The notes beneath the pieces are model-generated. The model was not told the origin of the DNA. It worked only from the letters and a program-made list of their open reading frames with translations, and did not search any database. From positions 1-25,358 of the forward strand of contig JBAXOY010000039.1 in NCBI GenBank assembly GCA_037133055.1: a DNA stretch of 25,358 bases, written 5' to 3'. Position numbers and translations under genes: made by a program. This stretch comes from Chlamydiota bacterium. GTDB taxonomy: Bacteria > Auribacterota > Tritonobacteria > UBA1439. Below, piece after piece: positions 8,779 through 17,924 of the stretch; the first letter of the stretch is position 1; the number at the start of each line of letters is the position of its first letter.

Positions 8779-9732
8779 CTACCCTGCGCGGCGGTACATC
8801 TCCCGGTAGTAGCCGGCGGTGAGACGCAGGCCCTCTTTCAGGCCGATCGCCGGAGTGAAGCCGAGCACCTCTTTCGCCCGCGAGACGTCGGCGAGCGAGT
8901 GCCGCACATCGCCCTGCCGCGGCGCGCCGCGGCGCGGCGGGATGGAGACGCCGAGCGTCTCCCCGATGAGCCCGTAGAGGGCGTTGACCGTCGCGGCCTC
9001 GCCGCAGGCGATGTTCATGACCTCCCCCCCCTCGAGCGGGGCCTCGAGGGCGCGGGCGTTCGCCTCGGCGACATTCCTGACATAGGTGAAGTCCCGGCTC
9101 TGCTCCCCGTCCCCGTCGATGAGGGGGGCCTTCCCCGCGCAGGCGGCGCCGAAGAAATTGGGGATGACCGCGGCATACTGCGAACGGGGGTCCTGCCGGG
9201 GCCCGAAGACGTTGAAGTAGCGCAGGGCGACGCAGGGCAGCGCGAAGAGGCGGCTGAACACGGCGCAGTAGTGCTCCCCGGTGAGCTTGCCGACCGCGTA
9301 GGGGGACAGGGGCGCGGGCAGCATATCCTCCCGCTTCGGCAGAACCGGGTTGTTCCCGTACACCGACGACGAGGAGGCGAAGACGAGCCGCTTCACCCCG
9401 GCGTCGCGGGCCGCGAGGAGCACGGCCAGTGTCCCGTCGATGTTCACCTGGTTGGAGGTGAACGGGTCCTCCACCGACCTCACGACCGAGGGCAGCGCCG
9501 CCTGGTGCGAAACGAAGGAGACGCCCGCAAGGGCCCCCTTCACCGCCCGGGGGTCGCGTATGTCCCCCTCGATGAGGTCCACGTCGGCGGCGAACGCATC
9601 GAGGTTTTCACGCCGGCCGGTGGAGAAGTTGTCGAACACCCGCACCCGCCTCCCCCGCTCGAGGAGAAGCTGGACGATATTCGACCCGATGAACCCCGCG
9701 CCGCCGGTGACGAGATACAGTTCTTTCCCCAT
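8779..9732 (-). CDS. NAD-dependent nucleotide-sugar epimerase/dehydratase (extended SDR, WbpP-like)
   Basis: GGAGFIG, SSSSVYG, YAVGK and LRYFNVFGPRQDP motifs. Confidence 0.92.
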   Translation of the reverse strand: MGKELYLVTGGAGFIGSNIVQLLLERGRRVRVFDNFSTGRRENLDAFAADVDLIEGDIRDPRAVKGALAGVSFVSHQAALPSVVRSVEDPFTSNQVNIDGTLAVLLAARDAGVKRLVFASSSSVYGNNPVLPKREDMLPAPLSPYAVGKLTGEHYCAVFSRLFALPCVALRYFNVFGPRQDPRSQYAAVIPNFFGAACAGKAPLIDGDGEQSRDFTYVRNVAEANARALEAPLEGGEVMNIACGEAATVNALYGLIGETLGVSIPPRRGAPRQGDVRHSLADVSRAKEVLGFTPAIGLKEGLRLTAGYYREMYRRAG

Positions 9733-9761
9733 CTCTGACTGCTGTTCTCCCCCCCCATTGT

Positions 9762-9791
9762 TGGGATTCGGGATTTGGGATTTGGGATTTG
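9762..9791. repeat. Heptamer tandem repeat (T/C)GGGATT x4
   Basis: TGGGATT CGGGATT TGGGATT TGGGATT TG in the ugd-epimerase spacer. Confidence 0.9.
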
Positions 9792-9795
9792 CGCG

Positions 9796-11088
9796 TCAGC
9801 GCCCGATGCTCTTGTAGACGAACCCCTTCTCCTCCATGACCGCGGGATCAAAGATATTGCGGCCGTCGATGATGGTCGGGTGCGTCATGATCGACCGCAG
9901 CTTGTCGAGGTTCAACTTCCTGAACTCGTCCCACTCGGTGACGATCACGAGCGCGTCGCTGCCGCGCGCCACCTCGTAGGGGCCCTTGCAGAACTTCACC
10001 CCCTTGAGCATCTTCCGGGAGACCTCCATCGCCTGGGGGTCGTAGGCCTTGACGGTCGCCCCCTCCCGCTGGAGGGCGGCGATGATATCGAGCGAGGGCG
10101 CGCTCCGCATGTCGTCGGTGTTGGGCTTGAAGGCGAGGCCGAGGACTCCGATGGTCTTGTTCTTCACGATCCAGAGCGTCTCCTCGATCTTCTTGACGAA
10201 ACGCCTCCGCTGGTCGCGGTTGATCTGCTCGACCATCTTCAGGAGCTCGAAGTCGAACCCGAGCTCCTCCGAGATCTTGATGAAGGCGGCGACGTCCTTG
10301 GGGAAGCAGGAGCCGCCGTACCCGATCCCGGCGTTGAGGAACGCCTTGCCGATCCTCTTGTCGAGCCCCATCCCCTCCACGACCTGCATCACGTTCGCGC
10401 CGGCGAGCTCGCAGATCTGGGCGAGGGCGTTCGCGAAGGAGATCTTCAGCGCCAGGAACGAGTTGGACGCGTGCTTGATGATCTCCGCCGATTTGATGTC
10501 CGTCACGATGACCGGGGCCTTCAGCGGGGCGTACAGCTCCTTGAGTATCTTCGCGGCCCTCATCGACGAGACGCCGATGACGATCCGGTCGGGGAACATG
10601 GTGTCTCCGATCGCGGACCCCTCCCTGAGGAACTCCGGGTTCGACGCGACGTCGAAGTCCACATTCTTCCGGTTGTAGCGCTTGATCGTCTCCGCCACCT
10701 TCTCCCCCGTCTTCACGGGGACGGTGCTCTTGTCCACGATGAGCCGGTAGCCGTCCATGGCCTCGGCGACCTCGCGGGCGACCATCGCCACCGCCGTGAG
10801 ATCGGCCGTGCCGTCGGCCTTCGGGGGCGTCGAGACCGCGATAAACACGATCTCGGAGGCGCGCACCCCCTCCGGGATGCTCGTCGTGAAGGTCATCCTT
10901 CCCGCGGCCGTATTGCGCGTGATGATCTCCTCCAGCCCCGGCTCGTAGATCGGGACCTTGCCGCGCTTCAGCATCTTGACCTTTTCGGCGTCGTTGTCCA
11001 CGCAGACAACGCGGTTCTTCATGTCCGCGAGGCACGCCCCGGTGACGAGCCCCACGTAGCCTGTGCCGATGATGCATACCTTCTTCAT
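9796..11088 (-). CDS. ugd: UDP-glucose/GDP-mannose 6-dehydrogenase
   Basis: GTGYVG, KSTVP, NPEFLREG, GYGGSCFPKD and AFKPNTDDMR motifs; GGAGG SD before ATG at 11088. Confidence 0.95.
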   Translation of the reverse strand: MKKVCIIGTGYVGLVTGACLADMKNRVVCVDNDAEKVKMLKRGKVPIYEPGLEEIITRNTAAGRMTFTTSIPEGVRASEIVFIAVSTPPKADGTADLTAVAMVAREVAEAMDGYRLIVDKSTVPVKTGEKVAETIKRYNRKNVDFDVASNPEFLREGSAIGDTMFPDRIVIGVSSMRAAKILKELYAPLKAPVIVTDIKSAEIIKHASNSFLALKISFANALAQICELAGANVMQVVEGMGLDKRIGKAFLNAGIGYGGSCFPKDVAAFIKISEELGFDFELLKMVEQINRDQRRRFVKKIEETLWIVKNKTIGVLGLAFKPNTDDMRSAPSLDIIAALQREGATVKAYDPQAMEVSRKMLKGVKFCKGPYEVARGSDALVIVTEWDEFRKLNLDKLRSIMTHPTIIDGRNIFDPAVMEEKGFVYKSIGR

Positions 11089-11220
11089 TGCAGCCTCCAC
11101 TCCTTGTGATGACCGAACCTCGCCTGCGGCAGCCCGGCGACCCGGGCGGCATTGACCGCCGCCCCCGGGGGGACCTTCCCCTCCGTGCGGCATCGTCGGG
11201 AATCGTGCGGAACGGCTGAG

Positions 11221-13917
11221 TTAAAAAGACGTCGCGAGGGGTATATCCGGGTATGCGTCGAGATAGAAGAGGACGAAGAAGGCCACCTGGTTTTTCCTTC
11301 TCCCCTTGTAGCGCACGGTGAAGGCCATCTCCCACTCGTGAAGATCCCTGAAGAGGGACCATTCCCCCTCCTCGAAGGTGCCGTCCGCGGTCTCGAACCT
11401 GAGGTACTGCCGCGCGGCCCAGTCGTCGTTCAACTGGACGTTGAACTCCGTCGTCCACAGGTTGCTCCCGATACCCCCGGGGGGGTTGACCAGGTAACGC
11501 TGGCCGAGGGCCAGGCTCACCACATCGTTGCAGTAGACGTAGTAGTCGGTGTTCCACTCGTCGAGGCGCGTGGGTCCCTCAGGCCGCAGGTACGCTTCGA
11601 AATCCAGCTTCTGCCAGTCGAGCGGGCGAAACTCGGCGTCGATGAATATGTCGTTGAATATCCTGTTGAACCCGTCCGTGACCTCCGCCGAGGAGTAGTG
11701 GTCGTCGGCGAAGGCCCGGTTCTCGTAGCCGTTATAGGCGCTCCTGTTCGTCATCATGTCGAAGTAGACCTTGATGTCGAAGAGATTGACGTCTTCACCC
11801 TCTCCGCGCTTCGTCTGGAGGGCGTTCCTCAGCATGAGGGTGAACATGCTCGTTTCGTTGAAGAAGTCGTACTGGTCGAAGGCGTAGACCTCGTCGGAGT
11901 AGCTCCGCGTGGGCTTGCTGAAGTACTGATAGGCGAGGGTCGGCTCGAAGACGTGGCGGAGCTTGTTGATCTTGAACGTGTTGTTGTAGTAGTCCCATAC
12001 CTTCCAGAACTTCGTGCCCGTCTCGGCGCCGAGGGTGAAGAGGCCGCGCCAGACGTTCCTGTCCTCTCCGCCGAGGTCCTGGGCGCTCAGCACCTGGTCG
12101 AGGACGCCGTCCCCGTTGGTGTCCACGAGCACGCCCGATCCCTGGAAGTCGGATCCCCCGTTCGGGGCCTTCGAATAGAAGGTCTCGCGGAACCCCGCCC
12201 AGGGCTTCAGGTTCAGGAACTTGAAGTATTTCTTCGGGTAGGAGACCTCATGGTAGGTGTCGATGCGGAGGCTCTTGATCGGGTCGGGGATCGGCGGCTC
12301 GGGGATCCCCTGCTCCGCCTGGTCCCAGGTGAGCGGGTCGTCGGAGAAGACATAGCTGAAATTGGTGATCGCGGAGCGGCTGTTGTAGAAGATCGGCGTG
12401 TCCCCGATCCGCTGGTCGACCGCGTCCACGCTGAATTCGGGCAGGCGCTGCACGACGGTGTAGAACTTGTCGAAGCGCGGCTCCGCGCGCAGGCTTATCT
12501 GAAACTTCTCCTCGGCCTTGGTGATGTCGAGGTAGTTTTCGCGCTGGATATCGTCTTCGTACTCTTTGCGGAAAAAATTGTCGATGATGTCCGGATCGCT
12601 CTGCTTGTTGAATTTGAGGGTGAGCGTGGTGTCCTCGGAGAGGTCCTGCTGGTGCTCGAGGGTGATCCGGTAGCGGTTGCGGATGCTGTCGTCGGAGTTC
12701 AGGATCCAGTCGGGGTCGTTGTCGTGCGCGTAGTAGAAGACCGCCTGCCCGCGGGCGCGGGCCGAGGGGAGATCGTAGGCCGTGGTCACCCCGACGCCGA
12801 GGCCGTTCTTGCTGCGGAAATCGATGTGGGGGGTGATGCGGATGTTCTTCGTCTTGTAGACGTCGATCGCGGTCAAAAGGAACACGCCCCAGTCGCTCGA
12901 GTAGCCGGGCACGAAGTTGTAGGGCGACTCGTCGTCGGTGAGGGAGAACTTCGCGTAGGGGGACCAGAAACACGGGGTATCGTAAAGGTAGAAGACGGGG
13001 TTGTGTGCCACCACGCTGTCGCCGGGATAGATGTAGATCTGCTTGGCGTGGATGCTCGTGTGCGGCTTCGAGTAGTCGCAGGTGGTGACATACCCGTTCT
13101 CGACCTGATACTCATCCTCGGATATCCTGCGCACCACCTTGCCGTAGCCGTACCAGGGCTGGACATAGGCGTGGCACTCGTCGATACTACCCTGTCCCGA
13201 CTGGAAATTATAGTGGATGGTCTTGCCGGTGAGGAACTGGCCGTCCTGGAAAAGGCTGACGTTGCCCTCGGCGTAGGCATCGCCCGTTTCCATGTAGACG
13301 GTGATCTTGTCCGCGGTGAGCTTCGCGTTCTTGTACCTCACCACGGCGTTCCCGGACCCCGTGATGACGTTCTGCTCGCGGTCGAACTCGACGCTGTCGG
13401 CGTCCGCGACGATCGGGAGTTTCTTCTGCCCCTCCTTCACCTCCTCGGCCTCTTTCGCGATACGGGGAGCGTCCTTCTCTATGATGGTCGTGCCCTCTGA
13501 CGCCTCGCGCTCCACGCGTTCGATCTCCCCGCGCTCCTTCGCGGCAGAGTTCACGTCGTCCCCGGCCTCCGCCTCGGCCTCCCCGGCCTCCGCCGCTTCC
13601 GCGGGCGCGGCCGACGCCTGGCCGATGAGGCTGCCCCCCTCTTCTCCGCCGGCTTCTTCCGCGGCGGCGGACTCCGTCTCCGCATCGGAATCGTCCCCCG
13701 GCCGGACTGCCTGCGCCTCGTCCCCGGCCCCGCGCAGGGCGGCGTCCCGCCTCGCTGCCTCTTCACGTGCAATCTCGGACGCGCGCAAGGCCTGTGCCGC
13801 GGCGGCGTTAAGGGAGTCGCCGGCCGCCTGGGGGGGCGAGGGGGAGTCACCGGGGGCGGCGTGGCAAATCCCCGCGAGAACGAGGGAGCAGACCGCCGCA
13901 GCGAACGCGCGTGTCAT
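11221..13917 (-). CDS. lptD: LPS-assembly outer-membrane protein LptD
   Basis: Signal peptide, OstA-like N-domain (ADSVEFD...GNAVVRY...LTADKI), YVTTCD..KPH, PGYSSDWG, LPEF and LRHVFEP barrel motifs, C-terminal Phe; AGGAGG SD. Confidence 0.85.
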   Translation of the reverse strand: MTRAFAAAVCSLVLAGICHAAPGDSPSPPQAAGDSLNAAAAQALRASEIAREEAARRDAALRGAGDEAQAVRPGDDSDAETESAAAEEAGGEEGGSLIGQASAAPAEAAEAGEAEAEAGDDVNSAAKERGEIERVEREASEGTTIIEKDAPRIAKEAEEVKEGQKKLPIVADADSVEFDREQNVITGSGNAVVRYKNAKLTADKITVYMETGDAYAEGNVSLFQDGQFLTGKTIHYNFQSGQGSIDECHAYVQPWYGYGKVVRRISEDEYQVENGYVTTCDYSKPHTSIHAKQIYIYPGDSVVAHNPVFYLYDTPCFWSPYAKFSLTDDESPYNFVPGYSSDWGVFLLTAIDVYKTKNIRITPHIDFRSKNGLGVGVTTAYDLPSARARGQAVFYYAHDNDPDWILNSDDSIRNRYRITLEHQQDLSEDTTLTLKFNKQSDPDIIDNFFRKEYEDDIQRENYLDITKAEEKFQISLRAEPRFDKFYTVVQRLPEFSVDAVDQRIGDTPIFYNSRSAITNFSYVFSDDPLTWDQAEQGIPEPPIPDPIKSLRIDTYHEVSYPKKYFKFLNLKPWAGFRETFYSKAPNGGSDFQGSGVLVDTNGDGVLDQVLSAQDLGGEDRNVWRGLFTLGAETGTKFWKVWDYYNNTFKINKLRHVFEPTLAYQYFSKPTRSYSDEVYAFDQYDFFNETSMFTLMLRNALQTKRGEGEDVNLFDIKVYFDMMTNRSAYNGYENRAFADDHYSSAEVTDGFNRIFNDIFIDAEFRPLDWQKLDFEAYLRPEGPTRLDEWNTDYYVYCNDVVSLALGQRYLVNPPGGIGSNLWTTEFNVQLNDDWAARQYLRFETADGTFEEGEWSLFRDLHEWEMAFTVRYKGRRKNQVAFFVLFYLDAYPDIPLATSF

Positions 13918-13986
13918 CACACCTCCTGGACTCTGTGACCAGGCCCGCCGCGAACCGGAGGATGGCTCACGCGGCGAGCGACGCAC

Positions 13987-14033
13987 ATAATAGCACAGGG
14001 CTTTCCGGCGGAACAAACAATTTTTTCTTTTTT
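13987..14033 (-). promoter_or_regulatory. Putative sigma70 promoter for lptD
   Basis: TTGTTC-N18-TATTAT with an extended -10 TG and an upstream A-tract, in otherwise GC-rich DNA. Confidence 0.55.
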
Positions 14034-14116
14034 ACGCGCGCGCCCGCCGGGCGTTCCAGCGCCGCAGCCGTCTCTGTCCCATCCTGCTGTCGGGGAAAGA
14101 GTAGCATTTGTGGAAG

Positions 14117-15091
14117 CTATCGGGCACCGGATGATCCGCCGGGGCGGGCACGCGACGCGGGCGCGGCCCCTGCGGCCGCGAACGCCTCGCCCGCGGCCCC
14201 GAGCGCCCCTGCGTCGGGCCCGAAGGCGGAACGCACGATCCTCACGTGGCGCGCGGGGATGGGCAGCGCCCTCTCCCGGACGACGCGGCGCGCGGGGCCG
14301 AACAGGAAACGCCCCGCCCCGCTGATGCCGCCCCCGACCACGATGACATCGGGGTTGAGAAGGTTCACCAGGCCCACCAGCCCGAGGCCGAGGCGGCGAC
14401 CCGCCTCTTCCCATACCCGCCGCGCCCCGGGATCTCCGCGCCGCGCCGCATCGGCGACGATGGCGGGGGTCAGGACGCACCCGCGCGCGCGGGCTCCGGG
14501 CATGGCCCGACGGGCGAGCCGCATGATCCCCTCGCTGCCGACATAGCGCTCGAGGCATCCGCGGCTCCCGCAGGGGCACCTGATCCCCTCCGGCTCCACC
14601 GGGATGTGCCCCAGTTCCCCCGCGCTCATGGATGCGCCCCGGTAGAGCCTCCCGTCGAGGATGAGACCGCCGCCCACGCCCGTACCGATCGTGACGCAGC
14701 AGACGTTGCGGGCTCCGCGGGCGGCGCCGTGCCGGAGCTCGCCAAGGGCCATCATGTTGACGTCGTTGTCGAGAACGCAGGGGACGCCGAGCCTCGCGGC
14801 GAGAAACTCCGCGAGCGGCACCCTCTTCCATCGCGGGAGGTTGGGTGAGAACTGCACGACGCCGCGCACCGCGTCGACGCACCCGGCGCAGCCGACCCCG
14901 ATCCCGACGACGCGGCGCGCCCCGCGCAGCGCCGAGGCCTCCGCGGCGATCCGGCCCAGGGCCTCGCGCCAGGGCCTGCGGGGGTCGCACGGGACCGCTC
15001 CCCGCGCGGCGACCTTCATGCCGCGATCCGCCAGCACGATCTTCGCGGATGTTCCGCCGATGTCGATTCCGAGCGCGTACTGTTTCACCAT
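14117..15091 (-). CDS. ROK family sugar kinase (glucokinase-like)
   Basis: GIDIGGT, NDVN, GTGVGGG and GELGH...CPCGSRGCLE motifs; no HTH domain. Confidence 0.92.
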   Translation of the reverse strand: MVKQYALGIDIGGTSAKIVLADRGMKVAARGAVPCDPRRPWREALGRIAAEASALRGARRVVGIGVGCAGCVDAVRGVVQFSPNLPRWKRVPLAEFLAARLGVPCVLDNDVNMMALGELRHGAARGARNVCCVTIGTGVGGGLILDGRLYRGASMSAGELGHIPVEPEGIRCPCGSRGCLERYVGSEGIMRLARRAMPGARARGCVLTPAIVADAARRGDPGARRVWEEAGRRLGLGLVGLVNLLNPDVIVVGGGISGAGRFLFGPARRVVRERALPIPARHVRIVRSAFGPDAGALGAAGEAFAAAGAAPASRARPGGSSGAR

Positions 15092-15125
15092 TTCACCTCA
15101 CTGTTCCCCGCGGGGAGAAGCCCCT

Positions 15126-15246
15126 GTTCAAGCCGTTCAAACAGTTCAAACAGTTCAAACAGTTCACGCGGAGAGACGTTACTCCCCGGCTCCCCCTTCC
15201 CCGATTCCCCGGCTCTCTTCTCCGCGTCCTCCGCGTCCTCCGTGGT
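15126..15246. repeat. Cluster of three different short tandem repeats
   Basis: GTTCAAACA-type 9-mer x5 (15126-15170), TCCCCGGC-type 8-mer x4 (15183-15213) and CTCCGCGTC-type 9-mer x3 (15220-15246). Confidence 0.9.
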
Positions 15247-15259
15247 GAAAATCCGCGCG

Positions 15260-16177
15260 TTATTTATACCGTATACGCGGGTCGAGCCATGCGTACGAGA
15301 CGTCCACCAGCAGGTTGAACACGAGCAGCATCACGCAGTATAGCAGCGCGACGCCGAGCGCCACCGTGTGGTCCCGGTTGAACGCGCTGTTGACGAAGAA
15401 CCGCCCCAGGCCGGGGAGATTGAAGATCTTCTCGACGACGACCGAGCCGGTCAGGAGCTGCGCGCTCGCGGGCCCCAGGAAGGTGACCACGGGGAGGACG
15501 GCGACCTTCAGGGCGTGGCGATAGATGATCGACGCCTCCCCCGCCCCCTTCGCCCGCGCGGCCCGGATGAACGGCTGGTTGAGCACGTCGAGCATGCCCG
15601 CACGCATGAGCCTGGCGACATAGGCCGTGAACGGGGCCGCGAGGGTGATCACGGGCATGACGAGGTGCGCGGGGCCGCCCCACTGCGCCACCGGGAGGAT
15701 CCGCAGCACGAACACGAAGAGGATGATCAGCAGGGGGCCGATCACGAAGGTCGGGACCGAGATGCCCGCCAGGGCGACCACCATGACGGCGTAGTCCAGC
15801 GGGCCGTTGCGGTGCGCGGCGGCGACGGTCCCGAAGATGATGCCCAGGAAAAGCGCGAGCCCCAGCGCGAGCCCCCCCAGGGCGAGCGAATAGGGCAGCG
15901 CCTGCGCGATGATCTCGTTCACGCTCCTCCCCTGGAGCTTCAGGGAGGGGCCGAGATCGAGGCGGGCGATCCCCCCCATGTAGCGGAAGTACTGCCGGTA
16001 GAGGGGCTCATCGTAATGGTATTTGGCCTTGACGTTCTTCTCGATGCTCGGCGGCAGCTTCCGCTCGGCGTCGAACGGCCCCCCCGGGGCCGCCCGCATC
16101 AGAAGAAAGGCGAGCGTCGCGACGACCCAGACGGTCGGGATCATCCAGAGTATTCGTTTCAGTATGTAGGTCAACAT
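15260..16177 (-). CDS. oppB: Oligopeptide ABC transporter permease
   Basis: APGGPFD, DLGPS, EAA-loop ARAKG, VEKIFNLPGLG and LDPRI motifs. Confidence 0.92.
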   Translation of the reverse strand: MLTYILKRILWMIPTVWVVATLAFLLMRAAPGGPFDAERKLPPSIEKNVKAKYHYDEPLYRQYFRYMGGIARLDLGPSLKLQGRSVNEIIAQALPYSLALGGLALGLALFLGIIFGTVAAAHRNGPLDYAVMVVALAGISVPTFVIGPLLIILFVFVLRILPVAQWGGPAHLVMPVITLAAPFTAYVARLMRAGMLDVLNQPFIRAARAKGAGEASIIYRHALKVAVLPVVTFLGPASAQLLTGSVVVEKIFNLPGLGRFFVNSAFNRDHTVALGVALLYCVMLLVFNLLVDVSYAWLDPRIRYK

Positions 16178-16196
16178 CACGTACCTCGCCCATCCG

Positions 16197-17786
16197 TTAC
16201 TTTATGAACACATATTTAAGCGGGTGCTCGTCGAGCGGGTTCGGGTAAATGCCGCCGATACGGCCGGCGTCGTACAGGTTGAGCGACACGTAGAAGTATA
16301 TCGGCATGATCGGCATCTCGTCCACCACGAGGATTCGTTCGGCCTCGCGGAAGAGCTCCATCCGCCGCCCCTCGTCCCGCTCGCGCCCCGCCGCGGCGAT
16401 GAGCCCGTCGTAGCGCCGGCTGCCCCAGCCGGTCCGGTTGTTGCCGCCGCCCGTGACGAACATGTCGAGGAACGTGTTCGGGTCCGGGTAGTCGGCCACC
16501 CACCCCGCCCGCGAGATCCAGTAATCCAGCGCGCTCTCGGTGTTCAGGTAGGTCCCCCACTCCTGGTTCTCGAGCTCCACCCGTATCCCGAGGTTCTCCT
16601 TCCATATCGCCTGCATCTCCACGGCGATCTGTTTGTGGGCCTCGCTCGTGTTGAAGAGGATGCTCACCCGCGGGAAGCCCCTGCCCCCCGGATACCCCGC
16701 CTCCGCGAGGAGCCGGCGCGCCTCCGCGGGATTGTACGCGAGCCCCTCCGGCGGGCGGTAGCGGGGCATCGAGGGGGGAACGAGCGTCGCCGCCGGCATC
16801 TGCCCCGCGCGCAGTATCTTGTCCACGATGCGCTGCTTGTCCGCCGCGAGGTCAAGCGCCTTCCTCACGCGAGGATCGTTCGTCGGGGGCCTGGTCACGT
16901 TGAAGCGGTAGAAATACGTCACGAGTATCGTGGTCTTGTGGAAATCGGGCCGCAGGCGAAGCAGGTCGATCAGGTGGAGCGGGATGCCGGCTCCGTCGAC
17001 CCAGTCGGCCTCCCCCGTCATGTACATATTGAAGGCCGTGCTCTCGTTCTCCGTCGGCAGGGCGTCGATCGTCGCGAGCCGCACCCCGCCCCTGTCCCAG
17101 TAGCGGGGATTCCGGGCGAGGCGTATGCGCCGGCTGGCGATCCACTCCGTGAGGAGGAACGGGCCGTTGCCCACGATGTTCCCGGGGCGCGTCCAGAGTT
17201 CGCCGTGCTTCTCCACGCACGCGCGGTTGACGGGGAAAAGCGTGTAGAAGGAAGTCAGGTACAGGAAGAACGGGGTCGGGGCCTTGAGCTCCACGGCGAG
17301 CGTCCTTGCGTCCGGGGCGCGCACCCCGACCTGCGAGAAATCCTTCAGCTTCCCCTCGTTGAACTCCTCTGCCCCGCGGATGTAGAAAAGCTGGTAGGCG
17401 TAGTACGCGGCCCCCATGGACGGGTCGAGGACGCGCCGCCACGAATAGATGAAGTCGCCGGCGGTCACCGGCGTCCCGTCGCTCCAGGCGCAGTCGCGAA
17501 GGTGAAAGGTGTAGCGCAGCCCGTCCGGAGAGACCTCCCATGACTTCGCCACGCCCGGCACGATCTCCGCCCCGTTCGGGCTCCTGGCCGTGAGCCCCTC
17601 GAAGATCGCGTTTGCGATCCGGTGCTCGGGCTGCCCCGTCATGAGCGCGGGATCGAGCGTCTGCACGTCGGTGCCGTTCTCGAAGGTGAATTCCGCGCGA
17701 GGGTCTTTCTTCTGACACCCCGCCGCTCCCAGCGCGGCGATCAGGATGGCCACGGTGATCCTGGAAGAAACGGCGAGCGGGCGCAT
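16197..17786 (-). CDS. oppA: Oligopeptide ABC substrate-binding lipoprotein
   Basis: Lipobox-like GAAGC, LDPA, FEGL, WSDGTPVTAGDF, GNGPF and GWVADYPDP motifs; the start codon is uncertain. Confidence 0.9.
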   Translation of the reverse strand: MRPLAVSSRITVAILIAALGAAGCQKKDPRAEFTFENGTDVQTLDPALMTGQPEHRIANAIFEGLTARSPNGAEIVPGVAKSWEVSPDGLRYTFHLRDCAWSDGTPVTAGDFIYSWRRVLDPSMGAAYYAYQLFYIRGAEEFNEGKLKDFSQVGVRAPDARTLAVELKAPTPFFLYLTSFYTLFPVNRACVEKHGELWTRPGNIVGNGPFLLTEWIASRRIRLARNPRYWDRGGVRLATIDALPTENESTAFNMYMTGEADWVDGAGIPLHLIDLLRLRPDFHKTTILVTYFYRFNVTRPPTNDPRVRKALDLAADKQRIVDKILRAGQMPAATLVPPSMPRYRPPEGLAYNPAEARRLLAEAGYPGGRGFPRVSILFNTSEAHKQIAVEMQAIWKENLGIRVELENQEWGTYLNTESALDYWISRAGWVADYPDPNTFLDMFVTGGGNNRTGWGSRRYDGLIAAAGRERDEGRRMELFREAERILVVDEMPIMPIYFYVSLNLYDAGRIGGIYPNPLDEHPLKYVFIK

Positions 17787-17860
17787 GGAAGGAAAAACCG
17801 GCGAGCGGGCGAACAGTATACAAAAAAGTCGCCCCGTCGCCGTTTCGCCCTTTCGCCGGT
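17769..17860. repeat. Inverted pair of octamer arrays (TCGCCnnn)
   Basis: AACGGCGA, GCGGGCGC, ACCGGCGA, GCGGGCGA (17769-17812) face TCGCCCCG TCGCCGTT TCGCCCTT TCGCCGGT (17829-17860). Confidence 0.75.
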
Positions 17861-17924
17861 TCATTCTACTCCCTCCCCGACCGCCGCGCGCGGTTTCTCA
17901 TGCAGCCTCACTCACGATGCCGCG

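Noticed and set aside
11141..11170. GC hairpin and GGCGGT upstream of ugd as an ops/JUMPstart element or terminator
   Set aside because: Only a partial match to GGCGGTAG, no U tract, and expected by chance at this GC content.
15126..15246. Tandem repeats as a CRISPR array
   Set aside because: Units are 8-9 bp with no spacers, and no cas genes are present.
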